Positions 63,368-64,000 of a stretch of 64,000 bases of DNA are shown here, piece after piece (within the stretch, counting starts at the first letter, position 1; every line of letters begins with the position of its first letter). Source of the stretch: an uncultured Candidatus Saccharibacteria bacterium (GTDB lineage: Bacteria > Patescibacteriota > Minisyncoccia > Phycocordibacterales > UBA1006); NCBI GenBank assembly GCA_964464735.1, contig CAYXKF010000003.1, positions 3,808 through 67,807 of the forward strand, read 5' to 3'. A program made the position numbers and the translations under genes. The notes under the pieces were generated by a model. It did no database searches. It was not told the origin of the DNA and saw nothing but the letters and a program-made list of their open reading frames with translations.

Positions 63368-64000
63368 TTACGCAGTTGCTTCTTGAGCTGATTCTTCAGC
63401 AGGGGCTTGTGCAATTTCTGCAGCTACTGGCGCTTCGGCTTCAATGGCACCAGCTTCGTCACCACTGATATCAGCACCGATCATGCCATCAACGTCAACA
63501 CCTTTGATATCAATTTTCCAACCAGTTAATTTTGCCGCCAAACGAACATTTTGTCCGCCCTTACCGATCGCCAATGACAATTTATCGTTAGGCACTTCGA
63601 CGTACGCAACATGGTTTTCGACATCAAGCGAAACGTCAAACACTTCGGCAGGCGATAATGCCTTTGCAATAAATGTCGAAGGATCTTCGCTCCACGGAAT
63701 GATATCGATTTTTTCATTATTGATTTCGGCAGACACCGTTGTTACGCGGATACCTTTTTGTCCGATGCACGCTCCTTGCGGATCGATGTTCGGATCAGCA
63801 GATGCAACCGCGATTTTTGTGCGTGATCCCGGTTCGCGGGCGATCGACTTAATTTCGACAGTGCCGGTCGCGACTTCAGGTGATTCTTGCGCAAACAATG
63901 CTTCGACAAAGCGCGGATGGCTTCGTGACAAACGCAGCGAAAGGCCGCGTGGTCCGTCATCAACTTTGTACAAGAAACATTTAATGCGTCGGCCGGTTCG
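63368..64000 (-). CDS. nusA: transcription termination/antitermination factor NusA, C-terminal part (5' end outside window)
   Basis: The frame stays open to the window edge. S1-like and tandem KH motifs (ACIGQKGIRVTTVSAEI...; LAIGKGGQNVRLAAKLTGWKIDI). The Met at 63973 is internal. Confidence 0.8.
   Translation of the reverse strand, partial: RTGRRIKCFLYKVDDGPRGLSLRLSRSHPRFVEALFAQESPEVATGTVEIKSIAREPGSRTKIAVASADPNIDPQGACIGQKGIRVTTVSAEINNEKIDIIPWSEDPSTFIAKALSPAEVFDVSLDVENHVAYVEVPNDKLSLAIGKGGQNVRLAAKLTGWKIDIKGVDVDGMIGADISGDEAGAIEAEAPVAAEIAQAPAEESAQEATA

Noticed and set aside
1-64000. CRISPR arrays, rRNA genes, IS elements/transposases
   Set aside because: I scanned for short regularly spaced direct repeats, rRNA-like conserved blocks and transposase DDE motifs and found none. 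The only repeats are the two ~290-nt elements and the short palindromes listed.

Overview
This 64-kb window reads as a compact, gene-dense bacterial chromosomal segment of roughly 45% GC. I found no rRNA, no CRISPR array and no obvious transposase. I call 57 protein-coding genes (2 truncated by the window edges), 3 tRNAs (Gly-GCC, Arg-TCG, Pro-TGG), and several promoters and intrinsic terminators.

Recognisable housekeeping genes include rsmA, two UvrD-family helicases (one fused to a RecB-type nuclease), comM, a Xer-type tyrosine recombinase, xth, cca, typA, msrB-msrA, HU, rny, clpP, tig, ppa and a nusA fragment. RNase Y, trigger factor and ClpP, together with the many giant hypothetical secreted proteins and frequent leaderless starts, suggest a small-genome, possibly uncultivated (Patescibacteria-like or Gram-positive-like) organism. 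That placement is inference only.

The observations I rank highest:
1. Two diverged copies (about 290 nt, 31.6 kb apart, same strand) of a structured non-coding element. The copies show compensatory base-pair changes and share an identical GC-hairpin 3' end.
2. An operon of six co-directional genes (8735-22084) encoding giant uncharacterised proteins of 1449, 1053, 531 and 832 aa plus an M23 peptidase. It is driven by a consensus promoter positioned to make a leaderless mRNA, and faces a divergently oriented LysM-M23 peptidase gene.
3. A low-coding-density island (51.15-54.09 kb) holding a strong promoter, an internal terminator, an apparent untranslated structured RNA of about 315 nt, and a Trp/Cys-rich orphan protein.
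4. A recurring promoter architecture in which a -10 hexamer sits 6-9 nt before the ATG (at least 10 genes). This implies widespread leaderless translation.
5. A 592-aa Cys-rich repeat protein capped at both ends by near-identical zinc-ribbon motifs.

Coordinates for ORFs are taken from the supplied track and include the stop codon.
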